From: a virus
Strand: one strand, 5' to 3'
DNA length: 64,000 bases
Virus record (IMG/VR): IMGVR_UViG_3300042988_001121
Location: 64,001 to 128,000 of that record
A program made the position numbers and the translations under genes. This document shows positions 47,506 through 55,377 of the stretch, piece after piece; position 1 is the stretch's first letter; each line of letters begins with the position of its first letter. Below the pieces are notes generated by a model, which saw nothing but the letters and a program-made list of their open reading frames with translations, was not told the DNA's origin and made no database searches.

Positions 47506-47744
47506 CTTTTCTTGAAACGTAGCATCTCAGATTCGTGAAAAGGTAGACCCGGTTCCCCTTCCAGTACCCTTAATTCACGCGCAAAGACACAAATTTCACG
47601 AAAAATTTCGCGCCACGTTGCATGGGGAAACGTGTCAACCAGAAACTCCCAATAACCTAACAATGCGCGTGCATCGTCTAGCCGCATCCCATGCAGAACT
47701 TCACTGAACTTCGATGCAGTCAGAAAACTAATTTTTTGTTTCAT
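47502..47744 (-). CDS. hypothetical protein
   Basis: Start MKQKIS after SD GAGGTG. Confidence 0.6.
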   Translation of the reverse strand: MKQKISFLTASKFSEVLHGMRLDDARALLGYWEFLVDTFPHATWREIFREICVFARELRVLEGEPGLPFHESEMLRFKKR

Positions 47745-47754
47745 TGGTTTCACC

Positions 47755-48102
47755 TCAGATTTTAGCGAAACCAACAGGAGCAACCATGTAGAGGTCGCCT
47801 TGTGGCGTCAAGATAACATCACCTACACTGACTGAGCACATTGTTACGTTAGGGCGCGCTACCAGTTTGCTCTTATCACCAACACCATTTCCAATACCGA
47901 ACACCTCATCAAGAGATTTTGCGTTAATGTCAGCAACAGTTTCATAAAATTTAAAAGCTGCCTTTGCGTTTGTAACATTTTCTCTCTTTTTCAGAAACGC
48001 GGCGACACGTTCACTTTTGTTTGCTGCATCATCCCAACCGAGCGCGTTGACCATGTTGGATTCGGCGATTGTCAGATTGAATTGGAAAACTGTGTAAGTC
48101 AT
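47755..48102 (-). CDS. hypothetical protein
   Basis: Start MTYTVF after SD GGAG; C-terminal SVSVGDV motif. Confidence 0.75.
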   Translation of the reverse strand: MTYTVFQFNLTIAESNMVNALGWDDAANKSERVAAFLKKRENVTNAKAAFKFYETVADINAKSLDEVFGIGNGVGDKSKLVARPNVTMCSVSVGDVILTPQGDLYMVAPVGFAKI

Positions 48103-48133
48103 TTTGAACTCCGGTTTCGTTGTCGATGGAGTT

Positions 48134-48168
48134 ATTGTATCACAGAGAAACTTTATGTGTAGATTATT
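48134..48168 (-). promoter_or_regulatory. early promoter cassette copy 12
   Basis: AATAATCTACACATAAAGTTTCTCTGTGATACAAT. Confidence 0.9.
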
Positions 48169-48405
48169 TTTCACAAAAAGTAAAACCGATTTAAACGGCG
48201 TATAATCGTTTTAAATCGGTTTGGCTACATTGGTACTACTTAACAGAAATGATTGCTCAAACACCGTTTAAATGCGTTCTAGCGGTATTTGGTCGGGATT
48301 TACCACAGTATTCTGCCGAAGCGAGTCATGTGGTCTTTTGATTACGTCGTTTTTCCCGAGTGGTTTCCACTTCCGACAATAAGGTGAGCGCGACTACACC
48401 ATGCA

Positions 48406-48690
48406 TTAGATCAATCTATAGATTACTGAATCCTGTAAATCTTCTTCTTTATAAGAAAATTTGCGAACTTCGTAGTAACTACTTACGATTCCGCCCCAAT
48501 TTCTTTTGTACTGAGTAAATGTTTTACTCAACATTGTCTGGTGCGCCTGTTCGTAGCAGTTGTCATCAAGGAAATAAACAGCAGTCAGGTCACCAAGATG
48601 CTCCATTGTTGATGAAGTCGAATAAACAATCTTCGTCACTCCGAGCGACAACAACTGTTTAATTGATTTTCCGTCCAGATAACCGATCAT
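48406..48690 (-). CDS. hypothetical protein
   Basis: SD GAGGTG, ATGA overlap. Confidence 0.65.
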   Translation of the reverse strand: MIGYLDGKSIKQLLSLGVTKIVYSTSSTMEHLGDLTAVYFLDDNCYEQAHQTMLSKTFTQYKRNWGGIVSSYYEVRKFSYKEEDLQDSVIYRLI

Positions 48691-48854
48691 AGTTTCACCT
48701 CACGCTGAAGATTATAAATTGCTTTTTGTTTCGTTGCGCCATACTGACAATCGCCTACTTGGTCGCCGTTACTATTTTGGTAAAAGGCAACATAGCAATC
48801 ATAATCTCTGTAGTAATAGGTGATGATCTTTGGTGGTAGTTTAGATAAGAACAT
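48687..48854 (-). CDS. small hypothetical protein (not in ORF track)
   Basis: MFLSKLPPKIITYYYRDYDC...GATKQKAIYNLQREVKL*; SD GGAG after cassette. Confidence 0.65.
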   Translation of the reverse strand: MFLSKLPPKIITYYYRDYDCYVAFYQNSNGDQVGDCQYGATKQKAIYNLQREVKL

Positions 48855-48880
48855 TTTAGTTTCTCCGTGTCATTGAATCT

Positions 48881-48914
48881 ATTGTAACACAGAGAAACTT
48901 ATGTGTAGATTATT
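48881..48914 (-). promoter_or_regulatory. early promoter cassette copy 13
   Basis: AATAATCTACACATAAGTTTCTCTGTGTTACAAT. Confidence 0.9.
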
Positions 48915-49230
48915 TCATTTCTTGCCGATTTTGTAGGCGCATTTCAATGTCAGCCACTGTATCTAATGCATCCGACACCGAGATTGTGTGACCAGATGCC
49001 GCAATCAGATGCACCACTGCCCGTAACCGTTCGCTTTGTAAAGTTGTCTCGGTATGCTTATTCAGATAATGTCGATATGCTTCTCGCATCTCTTTTGAAT
49101 TTGTAGCAACACTGGCGTCCAGTTCATTACATCGATTCATGAACTGATTTACTTGCCGTTCGAAATCGTTATTAACTAAAGCAACAAAATTATTGAGCTT
49201 TTCGTTCAGTTCACTCATTGTGATTGGTTC
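48910..49230 (-). CDS. hypothetical helical protein
   Basis: Start MEPITM; ends QEMK* in the cassette. Confidence 0.65.
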   Translation of the reverse strand, partial: EPITMSELNEKLNNFVALVNNDFERQVNQFMNRCNELDASVATNSKEMREAYRHYLNKHTETTLQSERLRAVVHLIAASGHTISVSDALDTVADIEMRLQNRQEMK

Positions 49231-49244
49231 CATTTTATTTCCTT

Positions 49245-50552
49245 TCAAAATTTATTTGCGCGTTCAACGATAGTTGAGAACGATTCATTGACCAATAAAT
49301 CGCCGTTATCGTAGACCTTACGCATCAATGAAGTGATCTGACGACCACCAACAGATTTTTTACCTGAGTCTGTGATAGGGTCTTTAACAGTATCGATCCA
49401 CGTATCACCAACACGAATAGCAGAAGTCTTCTGAGCAAAAGAATAAGTATCTCGATTGACGTTCTGAAGCAACCCACCGCCTGAGCCATAAATCACATTC
49501 TCGGGAGCATAATTGTATGCAGAGATTGCTCTCAACAGCATAGGCATCGTGGTTCGATTGATTCCATCACCCTGAAGAACCCCGACATTGTTGATAACAA
49601 TTTTACCTTTGCTATTAACAGTAAATCCGAATGCCAGTTTCAGTTTCTCCAGAATCCTTGGCAGCACAACAAATGGATCGCCACTATCAGGACGAACCAC
49701 AAACTTACCACCAGAGTTCTTGATAGCTTCAACAAATTCTGGCTCACACAACACGTCTACCTCACGATAAATGTCATATCCATCCATGACCGCCGAAACA
49801 ATGTTTCCGGGACGAAGTAAACTAATCATTCGCTTCAGATACTCTCGCTGACCTTCTTTGCCATAAGAACACTGGACACTGTGTTCACTAGCAAGAACGC
49901 TATAACCCGGCATATCGGCATTGTAGTTATCACGAAGGTACTTCAACGCAACCACATCGTCAGTTCCTTTGAAATAGATCAAGTGAGCAGCGCCACCTAC
50001 TTCGGCGGTTTGACGACTACTGACCCCGCGACTACCGAAGCTGTGCAAAGAGAAAGGAATCATGTCTGTCGCATCTGAATCTCGCTTATAAACAGCTTGA
50101 ATCTGATTGTAGCTGTATAGGTCTTGACTAGCAATAGTGGTTGGATACCAGATAGCCCGTTGCATCGATGTTTCAATGAATGAAGCAATCGAGAAACAAT
50201 CGGCATCATAGCATTCAACTGTTACCAATGGGTTCGATGAATCAACTACCTTGCCTTCAGGAACAGCAAAAATAGTGACAGGAAGATAACCACCATAGAC
50301 AGTAAGAACTTTCTCCCACATTGCGCGATTGAATGACAGTCCATGAGAAACAAGAATAGTCTCTGCCTCGTCAATGTCTTGTTTCGTAATAGGCTTCAGT
50401 AAGTTTTCTTTAATCCATCCCTGTAACCCAAATGGCACAATCTGTTCGTTCTTTTTACGCGCCTGTACGTAAGAAGACATTGCATTGGTTCCCTCGGGAT
50501 ACATCGCGAAGTGACTATTTTTATAACTGTCGGCATCAAGAATAATGTTCAT
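49245..50552 (-). CDS. nadV: nicotinamide phosphoribosyltransferase (NAMPT)
   Basis: DADSYKNSH, HSFGSRG, ASEHSV, VMDGYD, VRPDSGD, LQGDG, GSGGGLLQ, RDT..FA.K. Confidence 0.97.
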   Translation of the reverse strand: MNIILDADSYKNSHFAMYPEGTNAMSSYVQARKKNEQIVPFGLQGWIKENLLKPITKQDIDEAETILVSHGLSFNRAMWEKVLTVYGGYLPVTIFAVPEGKVVDSSNPLVTVECYDADCFSIASFIETSMQRAIWYPTTIASQDLYSYNQIQAVYKRDSDATDMIPFSLHSFGSRGVSSRQTAEVGGAAHLIYFKGTDDVVALKYLRDNYNADMPGYSVLASEHSVQCSYGKEGQREYLKRMISLLRPGNIVSAVMDGYDIYREVDVLCEPEFVEAIKNSGGKFVVRPDSGDPFVVLPRILEKLKLAFGFTVNSKGKIVINNVGVLQGDGINRTTMPMLLRAISAYNYAPENVIYGSGGGLLQNVNRDTYSFAQKTSAIRVGDTWIDTVKDPITDSGKKSVGGRQITSLMRKVYDNGDLLVNESFSTIVERANKF

Positions 50553-50568
50553 TTTTAACTCCTAAAAA

Positions 50569-51561
50569 TTACGCCATTGAAACGTATGCAGGAACTGGCG
50601 TGACGTTCAGCATCATACTTAAAATGTGTTTGTGATCATCGAACAATGGATAGTTGTTGATTGCATCTTTTACTGATACCCAACGTGTCTCGGCAGCGTC
50701 ATCACATCCATTTGCGCGAGGCAATGACCCATCTTTATCCAATTCAATTTTAAACATAACTACCAATGAATTGCGAGGGATACCAATCGATCGTTTCGGA
50801 TTATCGAACATTTTAGTTGAAACGACTGACCCACGAATAACTTTTTCAGGAACTCGGAGATTAGTTTCCTCGAATAGTTCGCGTACCGCACAATCAAAGA
50901 ATGTCTCGTTACGGTTCTTGAATCCTCCGGGAAGCGCCCATGTACCTGCACCGGGAGCAAATTTACGTTTAATCAGAAGAACATGACCTGCACACAGAAC
51001 CAATGCATCGGAGCAATTGAAATTCAATGTCTCGGGAAAAGGATAATCAGCAAAAAGTTCTTTTTCCTTCTGATAGAATTTCCAGTCGTCCATTACCGAT
51101 GAAGGCATATTATGGTCATTACTCATGAACATGGCAGTTCGTATATCGGTCGCCGAGCGACCATTCATTTGCTGATGAAGACCCTGAAACTTATAACCGG
51201 GGAACCAGTTCAGGTAGTCATTACCTTCTTTCATGTGCCCAAGAATAACAACTTCATCGCCTTCTTGATTATATTCATCGATTGTACGCTGAACATCTGC
51301 GATCCACTGTGTATCCGAATAGAGATAATCATTCAATGGCGCGATTTCTACTTCAATGTCGATTGAATGTGCGAAGTTTCGTATAGTGTTCTTACGTTCC
51401 GAGTAAGTCCAAGGATTTTTGACAGTTCGGGCGCTATTAGCAGAACCGACCAGAATAAGGATGCGATCAACCAAGGTTGATACTTGTTGAATCATTTTCC
51501 GATGACCATCGTGCAATGGCTGGAAACGACCGATAATAATACCAAGTTTTGCTTTTGACAT
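50569..51561 (-). CDS. nadM: bifunctional NMN adenylyltransferase / Nudix hydrolase (NadM-Nudix, NatV-like)
   Basis: GRFQPLHDGH; SATDIR; Nudix box GG..NRNETFFDCAVRELFEET. Confidence 0.96.
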   Translation of the reverse strand: MSKAKLGIIIGRFQPLHDGHRKMIQQVSTLVDRILILVGSANSARTVKNPWTYSERKNTIRNFAHSIDIEVEIAPLNDYLYSDTQWIADVQRTIDEYNQEGDEVVILGHMKEGNDYLNWFPGYKFQGLHQQMNGRSATDIRTAMFMSNDHNMPSSVMDDWKFYQKEKELFADYPFPETLNFNCSDALVLCAGHVLLIKRKFAPGAGTWALPGGFKNRNETFFDCAVRELFEETNLRVPEKVIRGSVVSTKMFDNPKRSIGIPRNSLVVMFKIELDKDGSLPRANGCDDAAETRWVSVKDAINNYPLFDDHKHILSMMLNVTPVPAYVSMA

Positions 51562-51596
51562 TTTAACTCCTAATTTGTCTTGATTTATTTATTGTA

Positions 51597-52142
51597 TCAC
51601 AGAAACTGATTCGGAATTTCACGAGAACCAAATTTTCCTGCCCATGATGCGATGTGTTGCTTTTCTTTTCGATAATAGTTCCAGTAAGACTCGACCGAAC
51701 TGTTTTTCACAACACAGTGCCCCGGCATTGCAGGAGTAGGTTCAGTAAATTTAGCCAGACTAATTTTAGTTGGTGCATTTTTCAGAACATCGTATAGTTC
51801 ACGACACTTGTGAATTCTACCATAACGATAAGTGTATTCTTCATTCAGGGCAACGAAAAGTGAGTAAAGCCAATCGTAATTTTCTTTTGATTGTCTTACC
51901 CACACGGTGCTAGGATGATTAACATGAGTTGACTTGTAGACCCTAGAATTACGATGATCAAATAAAACCCATTGCTTTGTTCTTCGACCAGAATCACTCA
52001 TGACAATTCTTTCCTCTCCATCAATGACACGATGGGCAGTGGAAAGTAATTGTGCGTACTCTGTGATCATTTTTATGCAATGCTTAGAAACGTGATACCG
52101 AGCCGCTTTGACTGGATCATTGTCAAGGTAGAAGATGTTCAT
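51597..52142 (-). CDS. pyrimidine-dimer DNA glycosylase-like (DenV-related) protein
   Basis: MNIFYLD..HCIKMITEYAQLLSTAH..HVNHPSTVW..EYTYRYGRIH. Confidence 0.8.
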   Translation of the reverse strand: MNIFYLDNDPVKAARYHVSKHCIKMITEYAQLLSTAHRVIDGEERIVMSDSGRRTKQWVLFDHRNSRVYKSTHVNHPSTVWVRQSKENYDWLYSLFVALNEEYTYRYGRIHKCRELYDVLKNAPTKISLAKFTEPTPAMPGHCVVKNSSVESYWNYYRKEKQHIASWAGKFGSREIPNQFL

Positions 52143-52362
52143 GATGCTGTTTTGCAACGGTTTTGTATTTCCGAATTGTTTCCACTAAATCAAATGCTGA
52201 TTCTAACAAAGATTCTTTGATGTAGATTGTTGCTTGACCACCACGAACATCATCTGCCTCGTTAATTATTCGTTTGAGCAGGTGATATAGATTGTCGCGT
52301 TGATGCAGGATGGTTTCGTAGTCAACCATGCCACTATCACGGGTATCAACATTTGAATTCAT
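52123..52362 (-). CDS. hypothetical protein
   Basis: Start MNSNVD after SD GAAAGG. Confidence 0.6.
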   Translation of the reverse strand: MNSNVDTRDSGMVDYETILHQRDNLYHLLKRIINEADDVRGGQATIYIKESLLESAFDLVETIRKYKTVAKQHHEHLLP

Positions 52363-52363
52363 G

Positions 52364-52564
52364 TTAAACCTTTCCTGCGTAGTCGGCACGCATGTACCAA
52401 TCAGGTGCAACATCTTGGTTGTTTCTTGAATTGTATTGCCGACAGAATTGCCGGGCAGATTCTTCGCTATCGAAGTATTTTACTTCGTCAACTTTCTGAC
52501 CCCAACCACGCTCTGACTCAATTATTTCTACTTTGTAGATGTTTCCGATTTTGATTTCTGCCAT
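52364..52564 (-). CDS. hypothetical protein
   Basis: IIESERGWGQK..YF.SEE.A motif; SD AGGAG. Confidence 0.75.
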   Translation of the reverse strand: MAEIKIGNIYKVEIIESERGWGQKVDEVKYFDSEESARQFCRQYNSRNNQDVAPDWYMRADYAGKV

Positions 52565-52589
52565 GATTAACTCCTGTTTTGTTGAATCA

Positions 52590-52623
52590 ATTATAACACA
52601 GGAAAAATTACGTGTAGATTATT
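52590..52623 (-). promoter_or_regulatory. early promoter cassette copy 14
   Basis: AATAATCTACACGTAATTTTTCCTGTGTTATAAT. Confidence 0.85.
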
Positions 52624-52815
52624 TTATTCAAACTTCTCACTTGGGTTGTATCTTCGCTTCATTCTCCAAAAAGTTCTCATCATGCAGCATGCAGGCGTTC
52701 TGTGCTGGCTTTGTGTGCCAATATGCAACCGTCCGTTATAAAACTTGCAAAATGGCTTTGGTTTTGGCAGCTTTTGCAGTAGATTGCTGGCGTATCGTTC
52801 ATAAGCTGGCGTCAT
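52624..52815 (-). CDS. hypothetical basic protein
   Basis: ATGA overlap. Confidence 0.55.
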   Translation of the reverse strand: MTPAYERYASNLLQKLPKPKPFCKFYNGRLHIGTQSQHRTPACCMMRTFWRMKRRYNPSEKFE

Positions 52816-53069
52816 TTACTTTCCTTCAAAACCTCGTTGATTTCCTCGATACCTTTGTCGCCCATGCACTGAAAAAGGCACATTGCAGGGACTCCGTACT
52901 CAAAGCATTTGCTGGCTTGCGATAAGGTCAACCCTCTTTTGCCGTGTACAAATTCGCTGTAATGGCTCTGTGATATTCCAATGACCTTTGCCCATTGCCG
53001 CTGTGTAAGCATGTATTGGTCACGTCTGAATTCCACTGCGTCGATGATTGATGGTAGCCCCACATTCAT
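52812..53069 (-). CDS. XRE/Cro-family HTH protein
   Basis: TQRQWAKVIGISQSHYSEFVHGKRGLT. Confidence 0.85.
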   Translation of the reverse strand: MNVGLPSIIDAVEFRRDQYMLTQRQWAKVIGISQSHYSEFVHGKRGLTLSQASKCFEYGVPAMCLFQCMGDKGIEEINEVLKESK

Positions 53070-53380
53070 CCTCCAGTCGCTTTTGCAATTACCACTGCTA
53101 GACCTTTACCTTGAATGAGCCAAGTAAATTCTTCGATAGGTATCACTGCGTCTGTGCTGTTTGCCCACCTATCAAAGTCAGCACTCGGACAAGACACATC
53201 AACATCCCATGTAGTCCCAAAATGAAACCGAAAAAGCCTGCTACCTTTTTTGGCGATGCAGCACCCTTTCCCATAAAAGTCTCTTGATACTTTAAATCCA
53301 TGTCTTTTTAGGAATGTCTTAAACGCTGCTCGCTTTTTAAATTTAGGGTGAGAGAACGTCCACTTGATTCTTCTCATCAA
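53066..53380 (-). CDS. hypothetical protein
   Basis: Ends IAKATGG*. Confidence 0.65.
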   Translation of the reverse strand: MMRRIKWTFSHPKFKKRAAFKTFLKRHGFKVSRDFYGKGCCIAKKGSRLFRFHFGTTWDVDVSCPSADFDRWANSTDAVIPIEEFTWLIQGKGLAVVIAKATGG

Positions 53381-53670
53381 GACTCTCCAGTCGCTTTTGC
53401 GATTGCTGCACGAGCCATAAACGCAAAATGGTTTATTGTTGTGGTGCTGTACGTAACTGCACCATCAGTCGAAGACTGTTCGACATGAACGTAGTCAGAA
53501 AAAGATTTAAGCGCCTCCAGTAAATCAGGTGCTGCTGCAATTAGTCGTGCATTGGCTGGTGATGGGTCTGTCACAAAGTCGCAGATAAACTTCTCGTCTG
53601 CACCAAAAAGGTATCCGACCTCATACTCGCAATCAGGCACAAATTTCCAAGGTGCTGGTGTGTGGCTCAT
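53377..53670 (-). CDS. MSHTP/ANARLIAAAP-family phage protein, copy 1
   Basis: MSHTPAPW..ANARLIAAAPDLLEAL..AAIAKATGES. Confidence 0.8.
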   Translation of the reverse strand: MSHTPAPWKFVPDCEYEVGYLFGADEKFICDFVTDPSPANARLIAAAPDLLEALKSFSDYVHVEQSSTDGAVTYSTTTINHFAFMARAAIAKATGES

Positions 53671-53807
53671 TTCATTTCTCCACGTATCTTGTTGTAAATC
53701 TCGTCGGCAGTCGAGCCTCTTTCCTCGCAATGACTTATAAATTCAGTCCAATTTGCACCAAGAAAATCCAGTAGTACATTTATCTCAAATTCATCCAATT
53801 CAGTCAT
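53667..53807 (-). CDS. small hypothetical protein ending GEMK (not in ORF track)
   Basis: MTELDEFEINVLLDFLGANWTEFISHCEERGSTADEIYNKIRGEMK*. Confidence 0.7.
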   Translation of the reverse strand: MTELDEFEINVLLDFLGANWTEFISHCEERGSTADEIYNKIRGEMK

Positions 53808-53833
53808 TTCATTTCTCCGTCAGAATGTGTGGC

Positions 53834-54040
53834 TCATAATTCCACCCCGCACATAGGGCAGTATGTGGCGAAGACTTGCACTGCATTTGACCTTGCTTTT
53901 GGATGCACCTTGCACGTAGCCAGCAATATGCGCTCTTTGTCATCGCTACCTAGACTAATTGTGTCCATCAATCTAGTGTTATATGGTTTTAAAAGCTCAT
54001 TGAGCTTTGCTACACAGTCGTGTTTTGTTTCTGCTGTCAT
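53834..54040 (-). CDS. small Zn-ribbon protein (MTAETK family), copy 1
   Basis: HDC ... YCPMCG. Confidence 0.75.
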   Translation of the reverse strand: MTAETKHDCVAKLNELLKPYNTRLMDTISLGSDDKERILLATCKVHPKARSNAVQVFATYCPMCGVEL

Positions 54041-54291
54041 TTCATGTCTCTTTCAGACTCTTTGATAACGGCTTCCATTTGCACGAAGGCTCTCAAATAC
54101 CCTTCAGCCTCAATCATTCCGGCTGAAAGACCTTGCTGCTTATAGTCATCATATAAAGCGCGAGCATTTTCAACGCCACTTAAAATGTCATGTTTAATCC
54201 ACTCATAGGACTCAATCGTTTTCTTTGCTTTTTCCAGCAAAGGAGGCTCTTTGTAATACGTGATGCCGTTAACTGTTATTGAGTTACTCAT
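54037..54291 (-). CDS. hypothetical protein
   Basis: Start at a GGAGAAATGAAATG joint. Confidence 0.7.
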   Translation of the reverse strand: MSNSITVNGITYYKEPPLLEKAKKTIESYEWIKHDILSGVENARALYDDYKQQGLSAGMIEAEGYLRAFVQMEAVIKESERDMK

Positions 54292-54695
54292 TTCATTTCT
54301 CCAGTCGCTTTTGTGATTGCTGCGCGTAATGTTTTAATGGCGTCTAAATCTTGTTCGTCTGCTCCGAAAAACTCGCCATATGAGTTCAATCTAGATAGAG
54401 CAAGCATTGCCGCCTCTAGCAACTCAGGTGCTGCTGCAATTAAGCGTGCATTGGCAAGAGCTGTCTCTTTGTGCTTTTCTTCGTCATCATCGAAGTCATA
54501 GCAATCCGTATCAATGTCGCATATATGTGCTGTATGTCCTTTGAGATGGCTTCGTGTGCATTCGCGCGGATTTCCGGCATAAACGCCATGCTGACTTTCA
54601 TATAGCAGCTTATTGGTTATTTCATCTGATGAGAGAAGTTCTCGCTGCATCGCTAATTCCTTCCAGATATACCAAGGCCCAGGTGTGTGGCTCAT
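54288..54695 (-). CDS. MSHTP/ANARLIAAAP-family phage protein, copy 2
   Basis: MSHTPGPW..ANARLIAAAPELLEAA..AAITKATGEMK. Confidence 0.8.
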   Translation of the reverse strand: MSHTPGPWYIWKELAMQRELLSSDEITNKLLYESQHGVYAGNPRECTRSHLKGHTAHICDIDTDCYDFDDDEEKHKETALANARLIAAAPELLEAAMLALSRLNSYGEFFGADEQDLDAIKTLRAAITKATGEMK

Positions 54696-54892
54696 AATTT
54701 CACCCCGCACATAGGGCAGTAAGTGGCGAAGAATATTACGGGCTTTTTCTTAATGGCTGAATCCGCTTTTTCCGTAGTAACCGCAATTCGATCTCTGCCA
54801 TCCATAGTGATGAAAGATGTCAATCGCGTGTTGTGCTTTTTAAGTAATTCATTGATGCGCTCTACGCAGTCGTGTTTTGTTTCTGCTGTCAT
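54692..54892 (-). CDS. small Zn-ribbon protein (MTAETK family), copy 2
   Basis: MTAETKHDC ... FATYCPMCGVKL. Confidence 0.75.
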   Translation of the reverse strand: MTAETKHDCVERINELLKKHNTRLTSFITMDGRDRIAVTTEKADSAIKKKPVIFFATYCPMCGVKL

Positions 54893-55092
54893 TTCATTTC
54901 TCCTTTGGGTACGCAAACCATCTTCAACCCTTTTGCCAATTTTTTGGCTTCAATTGACGCAAATTGGCATGCTTTGAGCGAGTCGAATTCCTGCGTAGTA
55001 ATGGCGTATGACCTGTATGTGCTTGGGTATGCTGCGGCGTCCGTCTGTCCTGCGGATACCGCCCAAGACATAATGAGAATCCATGCTGTCAT
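54889..55092 (-). CDS. small secreted/membrane protein
   Basis: MTAWILIMSWAV...QEFDSLKAC..A...CVPKGEMK. Confidence 0.7.
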   Translation of the reverse strand: MTAWILIMSWAVSAGQTDAAAYPSTYRSYAITTQEFDSLKACQFASIEAKKLAKGLKMVCVPKGEMK

Positions 55093-55114
55093 TTCATTTC
55101 TCCTTATTAATAGT

Positions 55115-55260
55115 TGATGGTGGCAGGCGCTGATCTCCTGCATGACCTTTTAGCCGTTTATGACCGCTTACAAAAAGGACGGTATTACGCAAGACAAGGT
55201 AGCTACTCCCTGCGTAGTCAAACTTTTGTCCCTGTGCATCAGCCTGCACATTCACCATCA
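55115..55260 (-). ncRNA. C4-like antisense RNA (P1/P7 c4-type cloverleaf) with enlarged central domain
   Basis: TGATGGTG/CACCATCA closing stem; GTGAATGTGCAGGCTGATGCAC 5' hairpin; GCAGGAGATCAGCGCCTGC 3' hairpin; complementary loops GCTGAT/ATCAGC. Confidence 0.75.
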
Positions 55261-55377
55261 GGTGTGATGACTGCTTACTTTCTCCGCGTTTTTGTGTGAT
55301 TCGAGTACGACCACCGCATCACAGATTTCGACCAGTCATCACGCCTGATAGCCCTCGCCGGAGCGAGGACGTATTAC

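Noticed and set aside
26661-48174. Extended N-termini of ORFs at 26661-27095 and 47755-48174 (shared NNLHIK.LCDTIT peptide)
   Set aside because: An artefact of reading through the promoter cassette; true starts follow the SD downstream of the -10.
55115-55260. tRNA gene
   Set aside because: Cloverleaf-like but 146 nt long, with no TTC T-loop or 7-nt anticodon loop; better explained as C4-like. I found no tRNA in the window by eye.
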